Positions 39,162 through 49,105 of a DNA stretch of 64,000 nucleotides are shown piece after piece (position 1 is the first letter of the stretch; every line of letters begins with the position of its first letter). A program made the position numbers and the translations under genes. The notes under the pieces were generated by a model. The model saw only the letters and a program-made list of their open reading frames with translations, searched no databases and was not told where the DNA came from. Where the stretch lies: positions 48,394 to 112,393 of the forward strand of contig CAWGJU010000018.1 in NCBI GenBank assembly GCA_963822985.1. The letters run 5' to 3'. The stretch is from an uncultured Alphaproteobacteria bacterium. Lineage in GTDB: Bacteria > Pseudomonadota > Alphaproteobacteria > Rhodobacterales > Rhodobacteraceae.

Positions 39162-39495
39162 CTGACGTCCGGAAGCGCTGCGGGCGAAAGCTGGTGATCA
39201 CGCCGGACGGTGAAACGCACCGCCCGCGGCCGCGCGCCGACAACGCGCTCGTCAAGGCGCTTGCTCGCGCGCACCGGTGGCAGCGCATCCTGGAGGGCGG
39301 CGAGTGCGCCAGCATCCCGCGGCCGAGAAGATCGACCGGTCATATCTCTGCCGCGTGCTCCGGCTGACGCTGCTCGCGCCGGAGATCGTCGAGGCGATGA
39401 TGGATGGGCGGCAACCGGAGGGGATGACGCTGCCGGCGCTGATGAAGGGGTTTCCGGTGGAGTGGGAGGAGCAGCAGGACTGGCAGCACAGATGA
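39162..39495 (+). pseudogene. Remnant of the gene that accompanies DUF2924/serine-recombinase modules
   Basis: VRKRCGRKLVITPDG...DNALVKALARAHRWQRILEGGE...EKIDRSYLCRVLRLTLLAPEIVEAMMDGRQP; frameshifted, no start. Confidence 0.75.
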
Positions 39496-39703
39496 CCGCC
39501 AAACGTCGGCTTCACCCTCGGCCCTTGCAGGATGCGAGCAGAAGCGCGTGGACGCTGGCGCCCTGTTTGTCCGTGTCCCCGTCGCCGAGTTGCGGAAACA
39601 CAGGGCAGGTTGATGTACAAAGCCTCTAGCGGAGCCTCGGGAGTAGAAGCGTTCTACTGATATGTGCATCTATGTTCGTCGGAGAGCGCGAGGAGCAGGG
39701 TTT

Positions 39704-40771
39704 ATGGAGCTGCGATCAGGAGGGCCGGGAAAGTTGCGGATTTCTGCGGCGTCAGCACTGCTCGCCGCAAGCGCAACTCTTCTCACGGGAGGAGTGGGGA
39801 CAGCCGACTGGTTTCCCGTCAGAGTCGAGACGCGTGAGCCGCCGTTCTCGGCGGAAGGAACGCTCACCCGCGTCGATTATTTCCCTGGTGACGGGGCTCG
39901 CCGGAAATGGCGGCTCTGTGCCACGCTGCCGGGGCTTCAGTTTCCGTATTTTGCGGCTGTGGCGCACGGCCTGTCGGCCGAGACCGCGCGACAGGGCGTC
40001 GAGATAAGGATCGACGACGCGGGCGGCTTCCATGCGGAGAGCCAGCGCGTCACCCTCGAGGATTGCCTCGCCAACGGTTACAGCGCGATCCTCGTTGCCC
40101 CGGCCCAGGATGGTGCGCTAGCCGGCCTCCGGCAGCGTGCGCTTTCATCGGGGGTGGTCGTCATCGACATGGTGACAGGGTCAGGCGCCTCGGCCGCCAC
40201 CGCGCATGTCGCCGCCGAGCCCGAGCAGGTCGGACGCGCAGTCGGCAACGACCTCGTCGAGCGGCATCCCCTCGGCGATCAGACCCTTGAAGTGGCCTGG
40301 TTCCCCGGTCCGCAGGACGCTGCCTTCGCCGTCGGCTACGATGAGGGGTTCCGTGATGCGATCCGAGACAGCGCCATCAACGTCGAGCGGGGGGGCTTCT
40401 CGCCGCTCGACCCTGTGCAGCTGCGCGAGGCATTGACCGAGGCGCTCGACGACGCCGCGGCGCTCGGTGCCGTGGCGGGGGTCGGACCTGTCATCCTGGA
40501 GGCGGCAAGTGCCCTCGGCCCGCTGGCGCGTGGGATCACCATAATTTCGACCGGAGTCAGTCCGGAAATCGTCGCTGCGATCAAGGCGGGCGACATCGCC
40601 TCCGCTGTCAACGACAAGCCGGTGGTGCAGGGCCGCATCGCGGTGGACATCGCCATTCGGGCGCTCGAGGGTCGCCCCTTTGTGGCCGACCTGCGCCCGA
40701 CCCTCGAGATCGTGGACAGGACGAACGTCAATAGCTTCGACAGCTCGACGGCGCTGGTGCCGGGCGACTGA
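39704..40771 (+). CDS. TorT-like periplasmic binding protein (sugar-binding/RbsB fold)
   Basis: WFPVRV...KWRLCATLPGLQFPYFAAVAHG...DDAGGF; WFPGPQDAAF; VNDKPVVQGRIAVDIAIR. Start uncertain. Confidence 0.7.
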   Translation: MELRSGGPGKLRISAASALLAASATLLTGGVGTADWFPVRVETREPPFSAEGTLTRVDYFPGDGARRKWRLCATLPGLQFPYFAAVAHGLSAETARQGVEIRIDDAGGFHAESQRVTLEDCLANGYSAILVAPAQDGALAGLRQRALSSGVVVIDMVTGSGASAATAHVAAEPEQVGRAVGNDLVERHPLGDQTLEVAWFPGPQDAAFAVGYDEGFRDAIRDSAINVERGGFSPLDPVQLREALTEALDDAAALGAVAGVGPVILEAASALGPLARGITIISTGVSPEIVAAIKAGDIASAVNDKPVVQGRIAVDIAIRALEGRPFVADLRPTLEIVDRTNVNSFDSSTALVPGD

Positions 40772-40834
40772 GCCGCGCCTTTGGTCCGCGCCAGCCTTGC
40801 CGCGCAGCGCGACGGCGAGCTGGCGCACGGCCGT

Positions 40835-41383
40835 CTACTCCGCCGGCGTCTTCGTCGACCGGCGCTCGCGGGCGCGGCGGCTGTGCGGCGAGCCGGGCGC
40901 CGGATAATCACCGGTGTTGTAGGTCTCCCACCACTCAGTCTCGTCGAAGTCGGGAAAGGGCAGGCGTTCCTCGTTCCGGAGCCGCTCCGCCCACGCCTCG
41001 GCCGCGGCCTTCCGCTCTCCATCGAGCCCGGCATCGCGGGCGAGATAGTTGACAGTGCTCGGAAAGGCAAAGCCCGTGCCGGCCTCGTGGACGATGTCGG
41101 CGAGCCGGGGGGCGTCGGCCTCACGCGTCGTGGCGCGCTCCGCTCGCTCGGCGCCGGCGCGCTCGGCGGCGGTCTGGCCGCGCATCACCGCCTGCGCGCC
41201 GACATTGCCGACACGGACGTTCAGGAGGTCGCCCCCGAAGCGCTGCTCAAGGAAGAGATCCTCGACCGCCCAGCCGGTCCAGTTGGTGAACTCGTAATTC
41301 GACCAGGGGCCGGCGGCGGGGATGGCCGCGGCCGCGGCGGTCGTGCCGAGAAACTCCCTGCGGGTCGTCTGCATCTCGCTCAT
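40835..41383 (-). CDS. Hypothetical protein with twin-arginine (Tat) leader; possibly internally deleted
   Basis: MQTTRREFLGTTAAAAAIPAAG; the rest was not recognised. Confidence 0.5.
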   Translation of the reverse strand: MSEMQTTRREFLGTTAAAAAIPAAGPWSNYEFTNWTGWAVEDLFLEQRFGGDLLNVRVGNVGAQAVMRGQTAAERAGAERAERATTREADAPRLADIVHEAGTGFAFPSTVNYLARDAGLDGERKAAAEAWAERLRNEERLPFPDFDETEWWETYNTGDYPAPGSPHSRRARERRSTKTPAE

Positions 41384-41454
41384 TCCTTCCGTTCTTCGTG
41401 TGCCCGACTGCGCAGCGGTCAGCGCAACTGCACGTTGACGCCAAAGAAGACGCC

Positions 41455-42204
41455 TCATTCCGGCTGGCCGGGTCCCTCGGTCAGAACGGAATATTGCGGT
41501 TCGACGAAGACGTTCAGGATCGTCTTCTCCAACGGGATGACGCGCCCGACGCCGAGGCCGACCGGCGTCGCGTAGTTCCCCTCCTCGAAGTCGAACTGCC
41601 AGACGCCGGTCGACCGCAACACCCAGCCGTCGCCGAGTTGCAGGATCCCGAAAGGCTGCAAGAACAGGCGGTTCACGTCCTGCGCGTTGCCGTGCGTCTG
41701 GTAGACGTCCGCTTCCCAGACGGCGAGATAGCCCCACTGGACGCGGCGGCTGGTGGCGTTGAACAGCACGTTCGCGAGACCGAGGTTGAGCGAGCCGGTG
41801 CCGAGCCGGCTGTCGCTCGCAGTCGGGACCGTAACGCTGGGGCCGACCGCGAAGGTGATGCCCGGATTTCCAACGTCCAGAAGACGTCCGGCGAAGACGT
41901 TGAAATCGCCCGTTCCGCTGCGCGTGTCGAAGCCGGGGCCGACCGGCAGGCTGACGATGGGCAGCGTGGCGCGCGACACCCAGGTCCGGAAGAATTCGAA
42001 CAGCTGGACCGTGCGCAGGTTCAGGACGTTGGCCGGCTCATCGACGGTCGTAAGGTTGCCGATGTACTGGTTCTGCAGGTTGTAAGAGCTGAGGCTTGCA
42101 AGCGGGTTGTTGGCCTGCACGGCGCCCGCCGGGACCTCTCCGAGTTCGACGTCCGGCAGTTCCTGTGCCCATACGATACCAGTGGCGGCCAGAAGCGCGC
42201 ACAC
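41455..42204 (-). CDS. Putative outer-membrane beta-barrel/transporter-like protein
   Basis: Leader ...VWAQE; NNPLASLSSYNLQNQY, SGTGDFNVF, GPSVTVPT, amphipathic strands, FVEPQY. Confidence 0.65.
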   Translation of the reverse strand: MCALLAATGIVWAQELPDVELGEVPAGAVQANNPLASLSSYNLQNQYIGNLTTVDEPANVLNLRTVQLFEFFRTWVSRATLPIVSLPVGPGFDTRSGTGDFNVFAGRLLDVGNPGITFAVGPSVTVPTASDSRLGTGSLNLGLANVLFNATSRRVQWGYLAVWEADVYQTHGNAQDVNRLFLQPFGILQLGDGWVLRSTGVWQFDFEEGNYATPVGLGVGRVIPLEKTILNVFVEPQYSVLTEGPGQPE

Positions 42205-42797
42205 GCTTGCCTTGGATGCGAGCCAACTTAATGCAGGAAGTCGACGACGCCCAGCCGGATGATCCGCTATGCAATTCGGCCTTACGCACTTGGTATTCTT
42301 CTATCGAGACTGCAGGTATGGGCGGTCGCTGCCATTCGCTTCACAGCGCCGTCGCAAGCCGCTCTCCCTGGATGTGCTTTCATAGATGGTGCAGTCGCCG
42401 CGGATCTATACTCGTCGACGGCCTCGAAGGCGCAGCTTTTCATACCGGTGTGTTTCCATGCTTCAGCACTCATCCTTTGAGATATTCTCCTGTCCAAGGC
42501 GACCGGCCATGCTCCAATGCCGTTGCTCCACTGCTTGCGAAAGCCGACGCTCCCGTCCGAGCTATTCACATTCTGCTAGAATTGCCGCAACGGCCGCGAA
42601 CGCCGCGCAAAGGAGTGCAGATGTTGCGCATAGGATCGGATGTCGATGACCGTCGGTCGACCTCGACCGGCCCTGGAAGGTTTCCCGCAATTCGCCGATC
42701 GCAGGGATTCGACGTCTACCGAAGTTGGACTAAGTCACCGCGGCACCATTCAGCATCGTGAGCAGTAGGGCTGTTGTGATGACACTCGGGGGGCCGT

Positions 42798-43846
42798 GTG
42801 ATGGCATTCGGCGAGGCACCAGCGCCGCACCACTTCTTTTCGACTGACGCTTACGGCGCCTGCCATCGCTACGAGGCATGGCGGGCGATGTTCGGGCGCG
42901 TCCATGACGTTCGGATCGCGCCCGATCTGAGAAACCGTTTCGTTGCGCGGGCCGAGCACTGGCAGGTCGGCAACGTCGTGATCGGCTCTTACAGCACGCC
43001 AGCCCGCGAGGTCGTTCGCACAGCGCGGTGTTGCCGGACCGATGGCGTCGATCATTGGGTGCTTCAGGTCTCGCGGCGCGGGACAGAGCGAACACGGATC
43101 GGCGAAGCCACCCACTGCATCCGCCCTGGCGAGCTCGTCGTCTCGTCCTATGCAGCATCCTACGCGAAGGATTGCGCGGCAGGTGACTGGGTTGCCGCTA
43201 TGGTGCCGCGCAATGCCTTCCCGGTCCTGAGCGCGCGGCTGGAAAGGCTCGCTCCTGGTCCGCAGACCGGGGCGGGAGCGCGGGTATTAGCTGACTTCCT
43301 GCTATCCGTCGCCGCGCGATCGCCCGATGCTCGGCTATCGGAACTTTCGGGGATCGAAAGGGCGGTCTCTGTGATGGCGGCCGCCTGCCCTTCGGAGATG
43401 CCGATCCGGAGGCCGTTGCGCAGTGCGATGCGGCAACGCGGGATCGGGCGCGGGCGCTCCGCGCGATCGAAGCGAACATCGCCTCTGCCCGGCTGGACGT
43501 GGGCCGCATCGCCGCATTGTCGGAACTGTCGCGACATGCTCTTTATCAGCTGTTCGGTGCGGAAGGCGGTGTCATGAGGTATGTGCAGTCGCGCCGCCTC
43601 GAGCTTGTGCGAGCCGACCTCGCCGACCCGGACCTCGCCTCCGAGCCGATCGCTCGAATTGCCGAGCGGCGCGGTTTCTTCTGCGCGGCCTCCTTCAGCC
43701 GAGCTTTTCGGCGCACGTACGGCATGACGCCGAGAGATATGCGCACGACCTCGCGCCCTCGAACCACGCTCGGGACACGCTTGCCGGCCGCTCGCTTGGA
43801 ACGGCCCCGCGATTTCCTCGACCTGCTCAGCCCCGGCCGGGAGTGA
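42798..43846 (+). pseudogene. AraC-family regulator (FeaR/NimR-like), frameshift near 43390
   Basis: N-terminal FSTD...RYEAWR ligand domain; a second frame gives ALRAIEANI...SRHALYQLF...RRLELVRADL...IARIAERRGFFCAASFSRAFRRTYGMTP. Confidence 0.85.
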
Positions 43847-43940
43847 CCGCCGGCGTCCCAGGGAGCGCAGGAATATCCGACGAACTTAGCTTTTGAGGAC
43901 GGCGACCGTCTCGGTTCGCGTCGACAACACGGGGGGACTG

Positions 43941-45059
43941 ATGCTTCATATCGATTTGCCAACGCGGCCCGAGCTTCTGGACCTGTTCAGGCACCGGTCA
44001 TGGCCGAGCGTGTCGATCTACCTGCCGACAACGCCGCTGACAGCGGATGCCCAGGCAGATCGGATCGCGCTGAAGAACCACCTGAAAGCTGCGGTCGAGC
44101 AGATGGAGGCTGCCGGTATCACCAAGCGCGCCATCCGGACGATCGAGGAGCACAACGGTGCGCTGATCGACGATCAGGAGTTTTGGGCCACCCAGGCGAA
44201 TAGCCTTGCCATCTTCGCGTCGGACGAGCTCCTCCGGACGTACCGCCTGCCCAACAAGCTCGGCGCCGCCGTTGAAGTGTCGGATCGCTTGCACCTGAAG
44301 CCGTTGATGCGCGCCGTGTCGTTCCCCAGAACGGCCTTCATCTTGGCCATCTCGGTCGGCGGCGTTCGCGTCATCGAGGTGTCGGCCGGCACCCAGGCAC
44401 GAACGGTCGGTGTACCCGACCTGCCGCGCGACATGAGCGCCGCCATCGGTCGCCGCAGCCACACCGAACGATCCGGCAACATGGAAAGCGGCGAGAGCAG
44501 CAGCGAGAGCGCCCTGCTCAGGCGCTATGCCCGGAGCGTGGATCAAGCCATCCGGCCGGTTCTCGTCGGCCAGGAGCGGCCGCTGATCATCGCCGCCAGC
44601 GAACCCTTGGCGAGCTATGCACGCGCCGTCTCCAGCTATCCGCACACGCTCGACGGGTCTATCGCCGGTACGCCCGACCGAACGCCCGATCACGAGCTCG
44701 TCGCGGCGGCGCACCGGGTCCTTGACGAGTTCTATGCCGGCCAGATCGCCGAACTTGCCGCGCTCTACGACCACCGTTTCAAGGAGGACCGCGCGACCGG
44801 CGATATCGCCCGCGCGGCGCGTGCAGCCACTTTTGGCGTGATCGACACGCTGATTTACGACATGGACGAGGTGGTCCCGGGCACCGTTTCGGAGGAAGGC
44901 GCGGTGACCTTCGCCGATGCGCCCTCGGCGGCGAGCTACGGTATCGTCGACGAGATCGTGAGGCGGGCTTTCTTGTCAGGCGCCCGCGTCATTGCCATGC
45001 GACGCGGCGAGGTGCCCGGCGGTGGTAGTCTGGCTGCGATATTGCGCTACTCAATCTGA
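43941..45059 (+). CDS. Bacterial archaeo-eukaryotic release factor (baeRF, family 11-like) protein
   Basis: MLHIDLPT...SVSIYLPTTP...SLAIFAS...VSDRLHLKPLMR...ARAATFGVIDTL...YGIVDEIVRRAFLSGARV...AAILRY. Confidence 0.7.
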   Translation: MLHIDLPTRPELLDLFRHRSWPSVSIYLPTTPLTADAQADRIALKNHLKAAVEQMEAAGITKRAIRTIEEHNGALIDDQEFWATQANSLAIFASDELLRTYRLPNKLGAAVEVSDRLHLKPLMRAVSFPRTAFILAISVGGVRVIEVSAGTQARTVGVPDLPRDMSAAIGRRSHTERSGNMESGESSSESALLRRYARSVDQAIRPVLVGQERPLIIAASEPLASYARAVSSYPHTLDGSIAGTPDRTPDHELVAAAHRVLDEFYAGQIAELAALYDHRFKEDRATGDIARAARAATFGVIDTLIYDMDEVVPGTVSEEGAVTFADAPSAASYGIVDEIVRRAFLSGARVIAMRRGEVPGGGSLAAILRYSI

Positions 45060-45170
45060 GCCCTGTCTCGGACGAAGATCTAGAAGGGGGCAAATCGCCC
45101 GCGATTATTTGACCGTTCGAACGCGGCGCATTGACGACCTCCAGCGGCGACGCCGCTTCCGCCCCAGCAC

Positions 45171-45244
45171 CTGACGTCCGGAAGCGCCGCGGGCGCAAGC
45201 TGCTGATCCCGCCTGACAGCAGGACCGACCGCCCGCGGCCGCGC
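45171..45244 (+). repeat. Second copy of the 74-bp segment at 39162-39235
   Basis: CTGACGTCCGGAAGCGC...CCGCCCGCGGCCGCGC; 62/74 identical by manual alignment. Confidence 0.8.
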
Positions 45245-45284
45245 ATGAGGCGCAGGCGCGCGTCCGAAACGAACGGAGGAAGAC

Positions 45285-45926
45285 ATGACCCCTTGGGAGA
45301 TCAGAGGCCACGAGCTGGCGAACTGCAATTGCTCGTATGCGTGCCCATGCCAGTTCAATGCACTGCCGACCGACGGCACGTGCCAGGCCGCTGTCGGCTA
45401 TCAGGTCGAGGAGGGCCGCTTTGGCGATGTCCGACTCGACGGGCTCCGCATGGCTGCCACCTACAAGTGGCCTGGCGCCGTTCACGAGGGCAACGGCGAG
45501 ATGCAGCTCGTGATCGACGAGCGTTCGTCGCCGGAGCAGCGCGATGCGCTGCAGAAGATCATGACCGGCGAGGACACGAAGGAGATGGCCACCATGTGGT
45601 GGATCTTCGCCGCTATGTGCCCGACCCGGCACGAGACCCTCTTCAAGCCGATCGAGATGTCGGTCGACGTGGATGGCCGGCGCGGCAGCGTCGTCGTCAA
45701 GGACGTATTCGAGACGACGGCCGAGCCGATCAAGAACCCGGTGACGGGCGCCGATCACCGGGTGCGGATCGATCTCCCGAATGGCTTCGAATACAGCATC
45801 GCAGAGATCGGCAGCGGGACCACCCGCACCCAGGGCGTGATCGAGCTGGATAGGACTCAGAGCAGCTATGCCCAGTTCGCGCGGCTGCACCTGACCAATG
45901 ACGGCGTCGTCCGCGCCGCGGCCTGA
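45285..45926 (+). CDS. DUF1326 domain protein
   Basis: NCNCSYACPCQF...CQA, WPGAVHEGNG, IDERSSPEQR, LPNGFEY. Confidence 0.88.
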   Translation: MTPWEIRGHELANCNCSYACPCQFNALPTDGTCQAAVGYQVEEGRFGDVRLDGLRMAATYKWPGAVHEGNGEMQLVIDERSSPEQRDALQKIMTGEDTKEMATMWWIFAAMCPTRHETLFKPIEMSVDVDGRRGSVVVKDVFETTAEPIKNPVTGADHRVRIDLPNGFEYSIAEIGSGTTRTQGVIELDRTQSSYAQFARLHLTNDGVVRAAA

Positions 45927-45948
45927 TCCCATCCTTCGGAGGGCGAAT

Positions 45949-46836
45949 GTGGCCAGCGCCGAAGGCATCGAGCGCATCCTGAAGCGCGACCGACTTGTCG
46001 TGATTGCGGCGCTGGCGGTGATCATCGCCGCGAGCTGGGCCTATGTCCTTGCCGGGGCAGGGATGGGCATGTCGGCCTTCGAGATGTCGTCGCTCTCGAT
46101 GGCGCTCGGGCAGTTTGCTGCGATACCGATGGCGGAGGGGATGAGGACTGTGGCGAGTGGCATGGGCGGCGCGATGCAGGCGATGGCCACTCCCGTCGCC
46201 TGGACCGCCGGATATGCGGTGCTGATGTTCTTCATGTGGTGGATCATGATGATCGCCATGATGCTGCCGAGCGCCGCGCCGATGGTGCTGTTGCACGCCG
46301 CCGCCACGCGGAAGTCGTCCATGCAGGCCGGGTCTAACGCGCCTTGGGCCACCTCCACCTTCACGCTCGGCTACCTTACGGCCTGGGCGGCGTTCAGCAT
46401 CGTCGCAGTCACCCTGCAGTGGCGCTTCGAGGCGGCCGGCATGCTGTCGCCGATGACCCTGAACAGCACCAACGCTCTGTTTGCCGCGGCGATCCTGCTG
46501 TTTGCGGGCATCTACCAGCTGACGCCGCTGAAGCAGGCCTGCCTGAAGCACTGCCGCGGGCCGGTAGAATTCCTGACCCGGCACTGGCGTCCCGGGGCGA
46601 GCGGTGCCTTCCTCATGGGGCTGCACCACGGCGCCTTTTGCCTCGGGTGCTGCTGGGGCCTGATGGCGATCCTGTTCTTCGGCGGGATCATGAACCTCTA
46701 CTGGATCATCGGCTTGGCGCTGCTGGTGCTGGCCGAGAAGGCTCTGCCCCACGGCCCCTGGATCGGACGCGCCACCGGCGCGGCGCTGCTGGCCGGCAGC
46801 GGCCTCATGTTCGGCTCGGCGGCGGGAGCCTTCTGA
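45949..46836 (+). CDS. DUF2182 predicted metal-binding integral membrane protein
   Basis: WWIMMIAMMLPS, YQLTPLKQACLKHCR, YCLGCCW-like FCLGCCWGLM, GIMNLYW; GTG start with GGAGG RBS. Confidence 0.88.
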   Translation: MASAEGIERILKRDRLVVIAALAVIIAASWAYVLAGAGMGMSAFEMSSLSMALGQFAAIPMAEGMRTVASGMGGAMQAMATPVAWTAGYAVLMFFMWWIMMIAMMLPSAAPMVLLHAAATRKSSMQAGSNAPWATSTFTLGYLTAWAAFSIVAVTLQWRFEAAGMLSPMTLNSTNALFAAAILLFAGIYQLTPLKQACLKHCRGPVEFLTRHWRPGASGAFLMGLHHGAFCLGCCWGLMAILFFGGIMNLYWIIGLALLVLAEKALPHGPWIGRATGAALLAGSGLMFGSAAGAF

Positions 46837-46882
46837 GCGGGCGCGGTCTGCGCAAAAAGCTCTTCGAGGAGGGGAGAACCGG

Positions 46883-47529
46883 ATGCCCAACATCGACTGG
46901 TACATCGAGGGGATCGAGTTCGGGAACTGCAACTGCAACTATGGCTGCCCTTGCCAGTTCGAGGACCTGCCGACGCACGGGAACTGCCGCGGGTTCGAGG
47001 TGCTGCAGATCGCGCGCGGGCACTTCGGCGACGTCAAGCTCGACGGTCTCCGCTGCGCGGTGCTGTATGCTTGGCCGGGCCCGATCTTCGAGGGCAAGGG
47101 AGAGTTGCAGGCTATCATCGACGAACGTGCCAGCCCCGATCAGCGCGTCGCGCTGGAGAAAGTGCTGCACGGAAAGGAAACCGAGGAAGCGAAGACCCAC
47201 TGGTGGGTCTATAATGCCATGTCCGACACGGTCCACCCGACGCTGTTCAAGCCGATCGACTTCGAAGTGGACCTGCAAGGCCGCACTGCCGGGGTTTCGA
47301 TTCCGGACGTGCTCGAGGCGACCGGTCGGCCCATCCGGTCGCCGCGACGGGGGATCCGCACCACGTTCAGATCTCGATCCCGGATGGCATCGATTTCGAG
47401 ACCGCCGAGATCGGCAGCGCCTCGAGCAAGGCAACGGCGGCGATCCGGCTCGATCTGGATGATACCTATGGGCAGTGGAACCTCTTGCGGCACTCGGGCA
47501 TCGGCGTGGTGCATGAGACGGCGCGGTGA
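46883..47529 (+). pseudogene. Second DUF1326 paralog, 1-bp deletion near 47345
   Basis: NCNCNYGCPCQF...CRG; the shifted frame continues ATGDPHHVQISIPDGIDFETAEIGS...LRHSGIGVVHETAR*. Confidence 0.85.
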
Positions 47530-47805
47530 CACTGCCGCATCCAGCTTTGCGGCTTGCGTTGCCGGCGAGCGTCCAAGTGTCCTGAACCAGCGTGCTGTCG
47601 ATGCGCGGTCGCGCTCGCCCGGTCCCCCGGCTGGCGTGACCGCCAGCTGTCGCTGCCGCGGTTCCCGATGGAGAAGCAGCTTCGCTTCGTCCACGGCCAG
47701 TTTGCACGGCGCGATCTCGCGCCTTCTGCTCGGCTGCAATAATGATGGTGCAGCGCCCCGGCACACGCCACCTGCCGCATGACGGGGTCGCCTTGGGAGG
47801 AGACC

Positions 47806-49004
47806 ATGACAACACATGAACTTCAGCACGCTGCGGATGCGGTGCTGCAGAACGTGGCCAACGGCAATCCGAGCGTGCCTGGTATCGTCGCGATGGCCAC
47901 CGGCCGCGGCGGCACGCTCTATGAGGGCGCGGCTGGCGTGCGGACGCTCGGCGAGGAGGCGCCGATGACGACCGACACGGTCTTCGCGATCTTCTCGACC
48001 ACGAAGGCGATCACCGGCACCGCCGCTCTGCAGCTTCTCGAAGAGGGCCGGCTCGACCTCGACGCGCCAGCCCGGACCTATGCGCCCGATATCGGCAAGC
48101 TGCAGGTTCTCGAGGGTTTCGACGACAAGGGTCAGCCGAAACTACGGCACCGAAGCGGGAGATCACGACGCGGATGCTCCTGCTGCATACCGCCGGGCTC
48201 GGCTACGACTTCTTCAACGAGACCTACGCGCGGCTCAGCAGGGATCACGGGCAGCCGAGCGTCATCGAGGCGAGGAAGGCGTCGCTGATGACGCCGCTCC
48301 TCTTCGATCCTGGCGAGACGTGGGAGTACGGCTCGAACATCGACTGGGTCGGTCAGGTCATCGAGGGCCTCACCGGCCGGCGGCTCGGCGACGTCGTGCA
48401 GGAGCGCATTCTCGACCCGCTCGGCATGGCCGACACCGCCTGGACGCTGACACCCGACATGCGGGGCCGCCTCGCTGGCATGCATGCGCGCAAGGCGGAC
48501 GGCCGCCTCGAGGCTTTGCGGGGATGGGAGCTGCCGCAGGATCCGGAGATCCACATGGGCGGCCACGGGCTCTACTCCACCGTCGGCGACTCCTGCCGCT
48601 TCATCCGCATGTGGCTGAACGACGGCCGGGGACCGGACGGGCCGGTCCTGAAGGAGACGACGGTCGAGATGGCTGTCGCCGATGGCCTCGGCGGGATGAA
48701 GATCAAGGGCCTGCCGGCGGTCAATCCCGCCTTGACCAACTATGCCGAGTTCTTCCCCGGCATGCCGAAGTCCTGGGGCCTGACCTTCATGATCAACGAC
48801 GAGGACGCGCCGACGGGGCGCCCGGCCGGATCGCTGGCCTGGGCGGGACTCGCCAACCTCTACTACTGGATCGACCGCCGGAATGGCGTCGGCGGCTTTT
48901 GGGCCACCCAGATCCTGCCGTTTGCGGATGCCGCCTCGGTCGGCGGCTATCTCGAATTCGAGACGGCCGTCTACGAGAGCCTGCGCCAGAAGAAGGCTGG
49001 CTGA
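47806..49004 (+). pseudogene. Serine hydrolase, beta-lactamase/family VIII esterase type, 1-bp deletion near 48147
   Basis: SxxK = FSTTK; LLHTAG; WEYGSNID; MGGHGL; [12 protein letters not shown]. Confidence 0.88.
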
Positions 49005-49105
49005 CCTCATTCTCCGCCCGGCAGGTGTCGGAGTCGAGCGTTGAGCACTGTTGAGGTTGCGACATGCTGGCCGGAGCGCCACGCCGCCCCGGCCATCCTT
49101 TCGGT

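Noticed and set aside
42250-42760. Short ORFs in the lower-GC spacer
   Set aside because: No motifs, RBS or codon bias; probably decayed or non-coding.
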